Origin: an uncultured Candidatus Saccharibacteria bacterium
GTDB lineage: Bacteria; Patescibacteriota; Minisyncoccia; Phycocordibacterales; UBA12088
NCBI GenBank assembly: GCA_964521185.1
Contig: CAZFRC010000001.1
Span: 7,023 to 71,022 of the forward strand
DNA length: 64,000 bases
Direction: 5' to 3'
The position numbers were made by a program, and so were the translations under genes. Below, in pieces: positions 17,228 through 27,046 of this stretch (position 1 is the first letter of the stretch; the number at the start of each line of letters is the position of its first letter). Below the pieces are notes generated by a model. That model saw only the letters and a program-made list of their open reading frames with translations, made no database searches and was not told the DNA's origin.

Positions 17228-19276
17228 ATGCCAGACTCAGCAGATACCATTCTCCATAACGACGAAGGAATGTGGCTTCCCAATCGGCTTCCGTTGAAGC
17301 GAATAGCCGATCGCCATAACGTGAACCTTCCTCCAAACTTTGGCGAAGAGGTAATGAAGAGGACCGTGCGGATGAATAACGGAGGCTCCGCTTCTTTTGT
17401 TTCTCCCCATGGGCTCATCGCAACCAATCACCATGTGGCAGAAAGCATTCTCTCCGACCTAAGCTCCGAATCGAAAGATTATATTCGCGACGGTTTTTAT
17501 GCTAAGACACAAGAAGAAGAAATTCCCGCTCCTGAACTCGAAGTCAACGTGCTCTGCGAGATCGAAGATGTAACCCTTCGGGTGAAGGCGGCAACTCCTG
17601 ACACCCTTTCTCCGGAATCTTCGCATGCAGCGCGCGATGCCGTGATTGCTGAGATTGAAAAAGAATCATTCGAAAAAACGGGACTTCGAAGCGATGTGGT
17701 AACTTTGTATCAAGGCGGAGTATATCATCTCTACCGTTACAAACGCTATCGCGACGTGCGGGTGGTATTTGCTCCTGAAAAACAAATCGCCTCCTTTGGA
17801 GGAGATTTCGATAATTACGAATATCCGCGGTACTGCCTTGATATCGCGTTCTTGCGCGTGTATGAAAACGGCACTCCGCTTTCTACACCAGACCATTTTG
17901 TATTTAAGACAGAGAGTCCAAAAAACGGCGATCTCTTGTTTATTGCAGGACATCCGGGAACCACGGATCGTCTTTCAACGTACGCCCACATCACATATCT
18001 TCGTGATCACGGATTGCCGCACCGACTCGATATTCTTCGGCGGTATGAAATTTCTCTGCAACAATTTTCAGGAAAGAGCCCCGAATCCAAACGTCGCGCG
18101 GGACCAGAACTTGGAGGTATTCAAAACGGACGAAAACGCTACGTGGGACAATTGTGGGCTCTTCAAGAACCGAATTTGATGGCGCGCGTTCACGAGCGTG
18201 AACGCGCGCTTAGAAACGCACTCTCAAATGCTCCGAAAGAGCTCCAGGAACGAGTCGGCGATCCATGGGACGACATAGAAAAAGTCTTACCGATAATGCG
18301 TTCGATGCGAGACGAGATTAATGTCTTTGAAAATTTGCGAGGATTTCGAACTGAATACATGGGCATAGCTCGTACCATCGTGCGATTGCTTACAGAAGAC
18401 CAAAAACCAAACGCAGAGCGTCTACCTGAATTTGGCGACGCAAGACGAGAATCGTTACTAGCCACTCTCTATGCACCCACTCCTCTCTACGACGATCTGG
18501 AAACCTGGAAATTAGCAGATTCACTCGCATATCTTCTTGAAACATTCACTGAAAAAGATTCTATGGTACGCACTATATTGAACGGGAAAAGCCCCCGCAA
18601 TCGAGCATCAGAACTCATTAGTACGACATCATTAAAAGATATCGACGTACGTAAGCGTCTTATCGGCGAAGGGGTGTCGCGCATTGGAGAATCAAAAGAT
18701 TCGATGATCGCGCTTGCGCTTTTTATTGATGAACGGGCGCGATCTATTCGAAAAAAATTTGAGACTGAAGTCGAAGAGGTTTTTGAACGTGCGCATGCAA
18801 AAATAGCTGAAGCACTTTTCAACCTTTATGGAGAAGATCTATATCCGGATGCGACTTTCACCTTGCGAGTTGCGGTTGGTACGGTGCAGAGCTTTAATCG
18901 CGAACAGATGGAAGTTCCTTCCCACACCGTCGTATCGGGAATAGTGCCTCATGGTATGGCGCATAATTTTGAACATCCTTGGGATTTGCCTCCCGCATGG
19001 GATCAGCATCGCAAGTGGATTGAGTCATCCACTTCGGCATTTAATTTTATCACTACACACGACACGCACGGAGGTAATTCAGGAAGTCCTGTGTTCACCA
19101 AAGAATTGGAGATTGTTGGGCTTTTGTTTGACGGCATTATGGAAGGGCAGGGAGACACGTACGTGTATACCGATGAGGTTTCAAGGAGCGTCTCAGTGCA
19201 TGCGGGGGTTATTATCGATTCTCTTACGAACGTATATCATGCCGATCGTCTTGTAAAAGAGCTTCGAAACGCGTAG
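17228..19276 (+). CDS. Peptidase family S46 (DPP7/DPP11-like dipeptidyl-peptidase)
   Basis: N-terminus DEGMWLPNRLP...GGSASFVSPHGLIATNHHV (catalytic His region). C-terminal GGNSGSPVFTKELEIVGLLFDG (catalytic Ser). ~680 aa. No signal peptide before the mature-type N-terminus. Confidence 0.8.
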   Translation: MPDSADTILHNDEGMWLPNRLPLKRIADRHNVNLPPNFGEEVMKRTVRMNNGGSASFVSPHGLIATNHHVAESILSDLSSESKDYIRDGFYAKTQEEEIPAPELEVNVLCEIEDVTLRVKAATPDTLSPESSHAARDAVIAEIEKESFEKTGLRSDVVTLYQGGVYHLYRYKRYRDVRVVFAPEKQIASFGGDFDNYEYPRYCLDIAFLRVYENGTPLSTPDHFVFKTESPKNGDLLFIAGHPGTTDRLSTYAHITYLRDHGLPHRLDILRRYEISLQQFSGKSPESKRRAGPELGGIQNGRKRYVGQLWALQEPNLMARVHERERALRNALSNAPKELQERVGDPWDDIEKVLPIMRSMRDEINVFENLRGFRTEYMGIARTIVRLLTEDQKPNAERLPEFGDARRESLLATLYAPTPLYDDLETWKLADSLAYLLETFTEKDSMVRTILNGKSPRNRASELISTTSLKDIDVRKRLIGEGVSRIGESKDSMIALALFIDERARSIRKKFETEVEEVFERAHAKIAEALFNLYGEDLYPDATFTLRVAVGTVQSFNREQMEVPSHTVVSGIVPHGMAHNFEHPWDLPPAWDQHRKWIESSTSAFNFITTHDTHGGNSGSPVFTKELEIVGLLFDGIMEGQGDTYVYTDEVSRSVSVHAGVIIDSLTNVYHADRLVKELRNA

Positions 19277-19312
19277 TATTTTGATAGTTGTCAATAATAT
19301 CTTTTGTATACT

Positions 19313-19528
19313 ATGGACTGGTTTCTTATTGGGCGTTCGCTGCAAATGATGGGAGAAGTCATGCTTGGGCTTTCTGTCATATTAGTGCATCTTCGTATTA
19401 TTCAAGAACGAAAAATCGATGGGGCGGTGCTCCACGCTATGAAAAACGAGCGCGTGATAGCTTTTGCTGCCATTGCGTTCCTGATTATCGGATACCTTCT
19501 TGAGCTTTTCGCCCTTGATTATTTGTAA
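19313..19528 (+). CDS. Small hypothetical membrane protein (~71 aa, two TM helices)
   Basis: ORF track 19304-19528 begins at TTG. ATG at 19313 (MDWFLIGRSLQMMGEVMLGLSVILV...). Confidence 0.4.
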   Translation: MDWFLIGRSLQMMGEVMLGLSVILVHLRIIQERKIDGAVLHAMKNERVIAFAAIAFLIIGYLLELFALDYL

Positions 19529-19540
19529 AATCTTTATTCC

Positions 19541-21442
19541 ATGACACCGAACGAAGTGCGGTTGAAATATCTAACCTTCTTCAAAGCTCGAGGACACGAA
19601 ATTGTGCCTTCTTCTTCTTTGGTTCCTGAAAATGATCCGACGACTCTTTTCACGGGATCGGGCATGCAACCGCTTCTTCCGTATCTTTTGGGACAGCCGC
19701 ACCCGAAGGGGACGCGATTGGCAGATTCACAAAAATGCTTTCGCTCGATGGATATTGAGGAGGTGGGGGACAACCGCCACACGACTTTTTTCGAGATGCT
19801 TGGAAATTGGTCGCTCGGAGATTATTTTAAAAAAGAACAGCTGCGATGGTGTTTTACTTTTTTGGTCGAAGAAATTGGACTTGATCCAAACAAACTTTAT
19901 GTAACCGTTTTTATTGGCGACGAAAAGAACGCTATACCACGTGATACCGAAGCGGTATCTATTTGGAAAGAATTGTTTAAGGAAAAAGGAATCGACGCGA
20001 AAGATGTACTTATCGGCTCCGAAGCAAATGGGTATGAAAAGGGGATGCAGGGAGGACGCATTTTTTATTATGACGCGAAAAAAAACTGGTGGAGTCGGGC
20101 AGGAGTTCCGGAACATATGCCCCAAGGAGAACCGGGAGGGCCCGATTCAGAAGTGTTTTATGATTTTGGAACACCTCATGAACAAAAATGGGGTAAAGAA
20201 TGCCATCCGAACTGTGATTGCGGACGCTTCCTTGAAATCGGAAATTCGGTCTTCATGCAATACATAAAACAGGCAGACGGCTCATTTGCGCTACTTCCCA
20301 AACAGAATGTTGATTTTGGTGGAGGTCTTGAACGGATAGTAATGGCAGCCGCAAACAATCCCGACATTATTGCGACTAATCACGCCGCTATCATTGCCCA
20401 CCTTGAACACGCGTCGGGAAAAAAGTATGGAACGGACGAAAAAGAGACCCGCGCGTTTCGCATCATCGCTGACCATATGAAGGCGGCAGTGTTTCTTATC
20501 AATGACGGGGTTCGACCATCAAACACTGATCAGGGATATTTTGTCCGCCGGTTATTACGTCGGAGCGTGCAATACGCTGATCGATTGGGAATTACAGAAA
20601 GCACGCTGTCAGGAGTAGTGAAACCTATTGTCGTAATGTATACCGAACAGTATCCAGAAATTTCGGCTCACCTCGAAGAAATTGCCCATACGGTAAGAGA
20701 AGAGGAGGAGCGATTTCGACAAACCCTCGCGCGCGGCTTGAAAGAATTTGAAAAACTGGTTTCAGGCCCCATTTCTGCAGAAAATGCATTCAGATTATTT
20801 TCCACATACGGCTTTCCCTTTGAAATGACCCTTGAGCTTGCGGCAGAGCGGGGTGTCCAGGTTGATGAGGCTGGTTTTAAAGAAGAAATGAAGAAACACC
20901 AAGAGGAATCAAGGGCGGGTTCGGAACAAAAGTTTAAGGGCGGGCTTGCGGATGCTTCCGTCGAAACGACACGGCTTCATACCGCGCACCACTTATTACT
21001 TAAAGCACTCCAAATTGTGCTTGGATCACACGTGAAGCAGCGGGGAAGCAACATTACCGCGGAACGGCTTCGTATTGATTTCTCTCATCCCGAAAAAATG
21101 ACGGTAGAGCAATTGTCTGAAGTGGAAAAAATTGTAAACGAAAAAATCAAAGAGCAATTGCCGATGGTCCGATCTATCCTGCCAAAAGAAGAAGCAGAAA
21201 AACTCGGCGCCGAACATGAATTCGGAGCCAAATATCCCGACATGGTCTCTGTATACTCCCTGGGACCTGTTGGAGCATCCGAACGAGACCCACAGTTTAA
21301 CAAAGCGTTTTCCATTGAATTTTGCGGTGGACCTCATGTGGGAAACACTTCGGAGCTTGGCACTTTCACCATTCTCAAAGAAGAAGCGGTGGCAGCGGGA
21401 ATTCGAAGAATAAAAGCGGTACTCCGCTACGATGATTTTTGA
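19541..21442 (+). CDS. alaS: Alanyl-tRNA synthetase, short form (catalytic, tRNA-recognition and editing domains; no C-terminal C-Ala domain)
   Basis: N-terminal class II AlaRS core (FFKARGHEIVPSSSLVP...DPTTLFTGSGMQ). Editing-domain motifs HTAHHLLLKAL and FCGGPHVGNT. The ORF ends at 633 aa, immediately after the editing domain. Confidence 0.9.
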   Translation: MTPNEVRLKYLTFFKARGHEIVPSSSLVPENDPTTLFTGSGMQPLLPYLLGQPHPKGTRLADSQKCFRSMDIEEVGDNRHTTFFEMLGNWSLGDYFKKEQLRWCFTFLVEEIGLDPNKLYVTVFIGDEKNAIPRDTEAVSIWKELFKEKGIDAKDVLIGSEANGYEKGMQGGRIFYYDAKKNWWSRAGVPEHMPQGEPGGPDSEVFYDFGTPHEQKWGKECHPNCDCGRFLEIGNSVFMQYIKQADGSFALLPKQNVDFGGGLERIVMAAANNPDIIATNHAAIIAHLEHASGKKYGTDEKETRAFRIIADHMKAAVFLINDGVRPSNTDQGYFVRRLLRRSVQYADRLGITESTLSGVVKPIVVMYTEQYPEISAHLEEIAHTVREEEERFRQTLARGLKEFEKLVSGPISAENAFRLFSTYGFPFEMTLELAAERGVQVDEAGFKEEMKKHQEESRAGSEQKFKGGLADASVETTRLHTAHHLLLKALQIVLGSHVKQRGSNITAERLRIDFSHPEKMTVEQLSEVEKIVNEKIKEQLPMVRSILPKEEAEKLGAEHEFGAKYPDMVSVYSLGPVGASERDPQFNKAFSIEFCGGPHVGNTSELGTFTILKEEAVAAGIRRIKAVLRYDDF

Positions 21443-21510
21443 ATCTCGAGATAAGAAATTCACACGTAATCAAAAACGATTAGGCTCCTAGATGCGTTAT
21501 ACTACGCAAT

Positions 21511-22719
21511 ATGAGGTGGGGAAACTTTTTTAAGAGAAAGATTCGACATGATGTCACAGCTATTTTTGACCTTGGGAGTTCGACAGTAAACGGAGCACTT
21601 GTAGAAATTCGTCCGAAAGAAAAACCTCTGATTCGATACGCAACGAGAGAGCCCCTTGCTCTTCACGAAAAGGCCTCTTCTGAATACTTGGTGCGATCGA
21701 TGATATCTGGACTTATGGCAGTTTCTTTGCGTATACAAGAAGAAGGAATACGCGAATTTGCTTCAACACATAAGGAAATACTACGAGTAAAAAAAATATT
21801 GGTTATAGTAGGCTCCCCATGGTATATTTCAGAAAATCATTTTGGCGTCCTAGAAAAACAGCGCCCATTCAAAATTACGAAAGACATTATCGCGAGTATC
21901 ACCAAAGAAGAACAAAAACGGTTTGCGAAGATATACGGAGCTACTCCGGAAGGAACGACGCTTTTTGAACAAGCAACTTTCGAAATTGAACTTAATGAGT
22001 ATCCGATTAAAAACCCCTACGGTTATCACGCTCGCAAAGTTGGAGTAGGTTTATTTGAGAGTGTCATGTCTGAAACCGTACGCACAAAAACATTGGAGAC
22101 GATTCAATTCATCGCACCCCATGCGGAAATTACGTTCCACACTCGAGGTCTTGCACTTTTCTCTGTACTCCGTGATCTATTCCATAACGACCATTCTTAT
22201 ATCATTGCTGATATTACGGGAGAGGTTACTGACTTGTTTATTGTGTATGAAGACAAACTAAGGGGTGTCGGTTCGTTTCCCCTCGGTACCCATGCCTTGA
22301 TTCGCGGGATTCAAAAATCATCCAAAATAGGTATGGATGAGGCGCGTACGAGGCTCGAAATGGCGCGCGCCAACGTGCTCGAAAAAGGCGAACGTGCGAT
22401 AGTTGAAGAACTCATACACAAAGGGGTTGTGATGTGGCAGAAAGAATGCACGGCGAATCTCAAAACACTTGTCCCCGATATACCTCTTCCTCGTACCATT
22501 TTTCTTTCTGTCGACAGTCGGTATGCAGAATGGTTTAAAAAATCTCTTGAGGCGACCCCCCTCCCTCGCGCCGCGTTTTCAGATCGAGGATTTCTTCCAC
22601 GCGTTCTCTCTAACAGTTCGCTCAAGTCTTTTTGCGAAATGGAACGAGTTTCCACGACACACCCACTTATCCCCCTGAATGCACTTTTTTTACAAAAACT
22701 GCAATCAGGTGCATACTAA
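21511..22719 (+). CDS. Actin-like ATPase fold protein (FtsA/PilM-like), hypothetical
   Basis: AIFDLGSSTVNGALVEI (phosphate-1-like) and IADITGEVTDLFIV (phosphate-2-like, degenerate). GTHALIRGIQKSSKIGMDEARTRLEMA resembles the FtsA/PilM adenosine motif. 402 aa. Confidence 0.45.
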   Translation: MRWGNFFKRKIRHDVTAIFDLGSSTVNGALVEIRPKEKPLIRYATREPLALHEKASSEYLVRSMISGLMAVSLRIQEEGIREFASTHKEILRVKKILVIVGSPWYISENHFGVLEKQRPFKITKDIIASITKEEQKRFAKIYGATPEGTTLFEQATFEIELNEYPIKNPYGYHARKVGVGLFESVMSETVRTKTLETIQFIAPHAEITFHTRGLALFSVLRDLFHNDHSYIIADITGEVTDLFIVYEDKLRGVGSFPLGTHALIRGIQKSSKIGMDEARTRLEMARANVLEKGERAIVEELIHKGVVMWQKECTANLKTLVPDIPLPRTIFLSVDSRYAEWFKKSLEATPLPRAAFSDRGFLPRVLSNSSLKSFCEMERVSTTHPLIPLNALFLQKLQSGAY

Positions 22720-22738
22720 AAAGCACATTTTTTAAAAT

Positions 22739-24115
22739 ATGGATTCATCTCGTAAACCACCACTCCAAGATATTGTTTCAAAACCATCACGCCAGCCGCG
22801 TGTTCGAAAAGAAATTATAAAAGAACAAGAAGGAAGTTATGCCTCGCATACCCCAAATACGATAGATCAACCAGCATATTCGAGGGATATGAGGACGAAT
22901 CACCCCCTCACGCCATTATCGCGAAACGGTTACAAAAGAAAAATGCCTCTGGTATCACTGTTCGTGGGCGCGGCAGGAGCGTTAGCAATAGGGTTCTTCT
23001 TTTTTTCGATTATTTTTAGCCGAGCGGATGTTCTTTTGTCAGTTAAGGAAATTCAAACCACGGTTAATGGCGTATTTGAAATACCCCCGTTCCAAAACGG
23101 TTCGATTGATGCGCTCACCTATCGCGTCCTTACGCTCTCAGAAGACTTTACAAAAGAAATCCCCGCAACGGGCGAAGAGCAGGTATCCGAACGCGCCAGC
23201 GGGCGATTGGTTGTCTATAATAATTTCAACACGTCTCCCCAATTATTGATTAAAAATACGCGATTTGAAACTCCGGAAGGGCTTATTTACCGAATTTCGG
23301 AATCAGTAACCGTTCCCGGTCAAAAACGAGGATCTGATGGAAAGATGATGCCGGGGAGCATCGAGGTCACTGTGCACGCTGATGAGCCCGGAGATCGATA
23401 TAACATAGGGTTAACTGATTTTACTATTCCAGGATTTAAAGGAACGTCTCGATTCGAAGGTTTTTTCGCACGATCAAAGACGTCAATGACGGGGGGATTC
23501 GTTGGAAAACGGAAAACTGCTCCTGCTTCGGAAATATCACTCGCTCGCGAAATACTCCGCCGAGAGGCTTCTCAAAAATTGAGAGCGCGCTCCGAAGCCG
23601 AAGTACCTGAGGGATTTCAAATATTACAAACTGGAACATATGAGGAATTCGAAGAATTACCTCTCCAATCCGGCGACAACGATTCCGCTGTTTCCGTAGT
23701 GCTCCGAGCCTCTCTCTATGCTCCCATAGTGCCAGTCAATCTCTTGGCTAAGACGATAGCCGGCTCCGTGGTACCCTCCTATGATGCAAACGAAGAGGTG
23801 ACGATAGGAGAGAAGTCTGCCTTGTCATACATCCGTACGGATTCGGATCCCTTTGATCCCCGAAGTGGCACCGATCTCACCCTCACTATATCCGGAGATA
23901 TTGCTATAGTGTGGGTGCTAAATCCGGAGGCTCTTGTCTCCGATTTGGCAGGAAAAAGCGTTGAAGCGGTCCCCACTATTCTTGGGGGATATCCGGCGGT
24001 CGAAAGAGTTCGAAATATAAGTATCCGACCCTTCTGGAAGGACACATTTCCAGAAAACCCTGAAGATATCCGACTTACCCTCAGTTCTTCTCTTGACGTA
24101 CAGCAACAACCCTGA
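22739..24115 (+). CDS. Hypothetical single-pass membrane protein with a large extracytoplasmic domain
   Basis: ~75-aa basic cytoplasmic N-terminus, one TM (LVSLFVGAAGALAIGFFFFSIIF), 360-aa C-terminal domain without recognised motifs. 4 codons downstream of the actin-like gene. Confidence 0.45.
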   Translation: MDSSRKPPLQDIVSKPSRQPRVRKEIIKEQEGSYASHTPNTIDQPAYSRDMRTNHPLTPLSRNGYKRKMPLVSLFVGAAGALAIGFFFFSIIFSRADVLLSVKEIQTTVNGVFEIPPFQNGSIDALTYRVLTLSEDFTKEIPATGEEQVSERASGRLVVYNNFNTSPQLLIKNTRFETPEGLIYRISESVTVPGQKRGSDGKMMPGSIEVTVHADEPGDRYNIGLTDFTIPGFKGTSRFEGFFARSKTSMTGGFVGKRKTAPASEISLAREILRREASQKLRARSEAEVPEGFQILQTGTYEEFEELPLQSGDNDSAVSVVLRASLYAPIVPVNLLAKTIAGSVVPSYDANEEVTIGEKSALSYIRTDSDPFDPRSGTDLTLTISGDIAIVWVLNPEALVSDLAGKSVEAVPTILGGYPAVERVRNISIRPFWKDTFPENPEDIRLTLSSSLDVQQQP

Positions 24116-24151
24116 TAATATGCCGAAACTCTCTAAGAGCGTTATTTTGTG

Positions 24152-24367
24152 ATGACAACAGGAAGCGAATCACAGACAATTGACGGCACAGTGCTTGAAA
24201 CGTTGCCGAACACGCTTTTTAAAGTTTCGCTTCCAAACGGAGAGGAAGTCCTTGCGTATTTGGCGGGTAAAATGAGACTCCATCGAATCAAGGTTTTGGT
24301 GGGAGATCTTGTGCGTCTGGAGCTCGACCCTTATGGGGGGAGAGCGCGTATTGTTAAACGACTGTAA
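24152..24367 (+). CDS. infA: Translation initiation factor IF-1
   Basis: [59 protein letters not shown] matches the S1-like IF-1 fold. The track ORF begins at GTG 24149. Confidence 0.85.
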   Translation: MTTGSESQTIDGTVLETLPNTLFKVSLPNGEEVLAYLAGKMRLHRIKVLVGDLVRLELDPYGGRARIVKRL

Positions 24368-24382
24368 TTTTATTTTATTTCC

Positions 24383-24499
24383 ATGAAGGTCCGTTCGTCT
24401 CTCAAAAAACGAAGTCCTAACGATCAGTTTGTTCGTAGACGCGGACGATTGTATATCATTAACAAAAAGAATCCTCGTTTAAAACAACGTCAAGGGTAA
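24383..24499 (+). CDS. rpmJ: 50S ribosomal protein L36, Cys-less (zinc-independent) form
   Basis: 38-aa [41 protein letters not shown]. Its length, its position between infA and rpsM and its KQRQG C-terminus match L36, but all four Zn ligands (C,C,C,H) are replaced. It is below the ORF-track size cutoff. Confidence 0.8.
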   Translation: MKVRSSLKKRSPNDQFVRRRGRLYIINKKNPRLKQRQG

Positions 24500-24503
24500 A
24501 TGT

Positions 24504-24884
24504 ATGCGTATCGCCGGTATAACAATTCCAGACGGAAAGCGGCTTGAGATTGGCCTCACGGCGATTTACGGTATTGGTCGTCCTCGTGCGCATAAAATCT
24601 TGGAAGAAGCCGGAATTTCTTTTGATAAAAAACCCCCTCAATTAACGACTGAAGAAGAAAATGCGATTCGAAAAGCACTTGAATCCACAGGAGCCATCGA
24701 AGGAGAACTCCGACGATTGGTAGGCGCGAATATAAAGCGTTTAAAAGATATTGGATCGTACCGAGGTTCTCGTCATGCAAAGCGCCTTCCCGCGCGAGGA
24801 CAACGCACCAAAACGAATGCTCGAACATTAAAAGGGGTACGGAAAACGATGAGTTCCGGACGTCGTAAGCTTGAAAAAACATAA
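24504..24884 (+). CDS. rpsM: 30S ribosomal protein S13
   Basis: [29 protein letters not shown]... Confidence 0.95.
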   Translation: MRIAGITIPDGKRLEIGLTAIYGIGRPRAHKILEEAGISFDKKPPQLTTEEENAIRKALESTGAIEGELRRLVGANIKRLKDIGSYRGSRHAKRLPARGQRTKTNARTLKGVRKTMSSGRRKLEKT

Positions 24885-24963
24885 TATCCGTTATTTGTGG
24901 AATGTAGCCCATGCCTAATGGTCGCTACAAACTACAGGCTATATATCATCAAGTAACATACCT

Positions 24964-25398
24964 ATGGGTAAGAAACGAATTGTAAAAAAAGGAGGATCAG
25001 GACTCGATGCGGGACTTAAGTCGCGCTCTCTTTCTCGCGTGCCACGTCGAAGGATTGAACGTGGAATTTTGTATGTTAACGCAAGCTATAACAATACGTT
25101 GCTTTCTTTGGCAGATGAAAAAGGGGGCGTAGTGATTGCTTCTTCAAGTGGTGCCCTCGGTTTCAAGGGTGCAAAAAAGGCTACACCGTTTGCCGCAGCA
25201 AAAGTTGCTGAATTGATTGGAGAGAAAGCGCAAATACTTGGAATACAAGAGGTTGATGTAGTGGTGCGGGGCGTTGGGGCCGGCCGTGAATCGTCAATCC
25301 GAGCGTTTGCGGGAAAGGGAATTGGCATTGCCAGAATCGTTGACGAAACACCAATTACCCACAATGGACCGCGACCCCCAAAACCACGCCGCGTATAA
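24964..25398 (+). CDS. rpsK: 30S ribosomal protein S11
   Basis: GILYVNASYNNTLLSLADEKGGVVIASSSGALGFKGAKKATPFAAAKVAE... Confidence 0.95.
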   Translation: MGKKRIVKKGGSGLDAGLKSRSLSRVPRRRIERGILYVNASYNNTLLSLADEKGGVVIASSSGALGFKGAKKATPFAAAKVAELIGEKAQILGIQEVDVVVRGVGAGRESSIRAFAGKGIGIARIVDETPITHNGPRPPKPRRV

Positions 25399-25419
25399 CA
25401 TTATTCACACCACAATTCT

Positions 25420-26022
25420 ATGAAACTTGGACCACGATATAAAATTTGCCGACGATTGGGCGCTCCTATTTTTGAAAAGTGTCAATCGCAACGATATGTA
25501 TTATCTGAGAACAAGAAAACCCCGAAACAATCTCGCGGTTTCTCTGAATATGGACGCCAACTAATAGAAAAACAGAAAGCGCGACTCGCCTACGGTCTTT
25601 CTGAAAAACAATTCGCTGCGTATGTGAAAAATGCTACGCAATACGGAGGCGCTAATCCTATAGGAACGCTCGTTGCTTCTCTGGAGTCCCGCCTTGATAA
25701 TGCGGTATATCGTGCGGGATTCGCCAAAACCCGCCGCCTTGCTCGTCAATTGGTCTCGCATGGACATTTCACCGTCGATGGAAGACGAGTCTCGATACCA
25801 TCCTACGCACTTAAAATAGCTAACGTGTTTGCGGTGCGTGAAGGAAGCCGTTCCTTACCCTATTTTGTTGCCGTGAAAGATTTTACCGAGGGAGTAAAGG
25901 CGCCCTCATGGATTTCTGTTGACCTTTCAAATCAGACCGCGACGGTTTCGAGCGCGCCGTCGACGGAATTAATAGAGGCTCCCGCCGACCTCAAAGCAGT
26001 GCTCGAATTTTATAGTCGTTAG
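25420..26022 (+). CDS. rpsD: 30S ribosomal protein S4
   Basis: MKLGPRYKICRRLGAPIFEKCQ..., S4 domain RLDNAVYRAGFAKTRRLARQLVSHGHFTVDGRRV. Confidence 0.95.
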   Translation: MKLGPRYKICRRLGAPIFEKCQSQRYVLSENKKTPKQSRGFSEYGRQLIEKQKARLAYGLSEKQFAAYVKNATQYGGANPIGTLVASLESRLDNAVYRAGFAKTRRLARQLVSHGHFTVDGRRVSIPSYALKIANVFAVREGSRSLPYFVAVKDFTEGVKAPSWISVDLSNQTATVSSAPSTELIEAPADLKAVLEFYSR

Positions 26023-26052
26023 TACTAGCCAAGTCATAATTAATAGAACCAT

Positions 26053-27024
26053 ATGGAATATCACGTCGCTCTTCCGTCAAAGCCACGCATTATTTCTGAG
26101 GAAGGATTCTCAGGGGTATATGAGATTGATGGGTTGTATCCTGGTTATGGACATACGCTTGGAAATTCATTACGCCGCATCATTCTTTCATCTCTCCCGG
26201 GAGCCGCAATTACTACAGTAAAGATTGAGGACGTTCCTCATGAATTTTCGACAATCGAAGGAGTGCAAGAAGATGTCATCACTATCCTGCTCAATTTGAA
26301 AAAAGTACGTCTGGCTCTTCAAGGAGAAGAACCGCAGATTATGAGACTCCGTGTAAAAGGGCCGAGTGTTGTTACTGCGGCCTCGTTCGAGACCGGAAGC
26401 CAAATTTCTATACTGAACCCCGAACAACATATAGCTGAAATAACTAAGAAAAACACAGAACTCTCCATTGAGGTAACTGTTGAGAAAGGCTTGGGGTATG
26501 TGGCGCGTGAAGTAATCCAAGAAGGAAAAGTCGACATCGGAATTATTGCTCTCGACGCGTCTTTTACGCCGATCCGCCGCGCAAATTATGAAGTCGAGAA
26601 CATGCGCGTCGGCGATCGAACCGATTTTAATCGTCTCCGTTTACACCTTGAAACAGACGGAACAATTACCCCTCGTGACGCTCTTGAACATTCAATCAAA
26701 ATCATGGTTGAACAGCTCCGCGCGGTAATTGGATTCAAAGAGGAAGAAGTTCCTGTCGAAACCTCAGAAACAGTGGAAACAGAAACAGTACCAAACTCTC
26801 CTAAGCGAGATTCCGTAGACACCACCGAGATTATGAAAACTCGCATCGAAACTCTCGACTTGTCTGCACGTACTATTCACTCACTCACCGAATCCGGCAT
26901 CCGTACAATAGGCGGACTTGCACGAAAAAAAGAGGAAGATATATTAGGCATCGAAGGAATCGGGGTCAAAGGACTCCAGGAAATTCGTCGAGCGCTTTCA
27001 CAATTCGGCATAACGCTTAAATAA
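26053..27024 (+). CDS. rpoA: DNA-directed RNA polymerase subunit alpha
   Basis: N-terminal dimerisation/insert domains and C-terminal alphaCTD (LDLSARTIHSLTESGIRTIGGLARKKEEDILGIEGIGVKGLQEIRRAL). Canonical position between rpsD and rplQ. Confidence 0.95.
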   Translation: MEYHVALPSKPRIISEEGFSGVYEIDGLYPGYGHTLGNSLRRIILSSLPGAAITTVKIEDVPHEFSTIEGVQEDVITILLNLKKVRLALQGEEPQIMRLRVKGPSVVTAASFETGSQISILNPEQHIAEITKKNTELSIEVTVEKGLGYVAREVIQEGKVDIGIIALDASFTPIRRANYEVENMRVGDRTDFNRLRLHLETDGTITPRDALEHSIKIMVEQLRAVIGFKEEEVPVETSETVETETVPNSPKRDSVDTTEIMKTRIETLDLSARTIHSLTESGIRTIGGLARKKEEDILGIEGIGVKGLQEIRRALSQFGITLK

Positions 27025-27046
27025 CACTGCTCGCAGCGTATTATCT

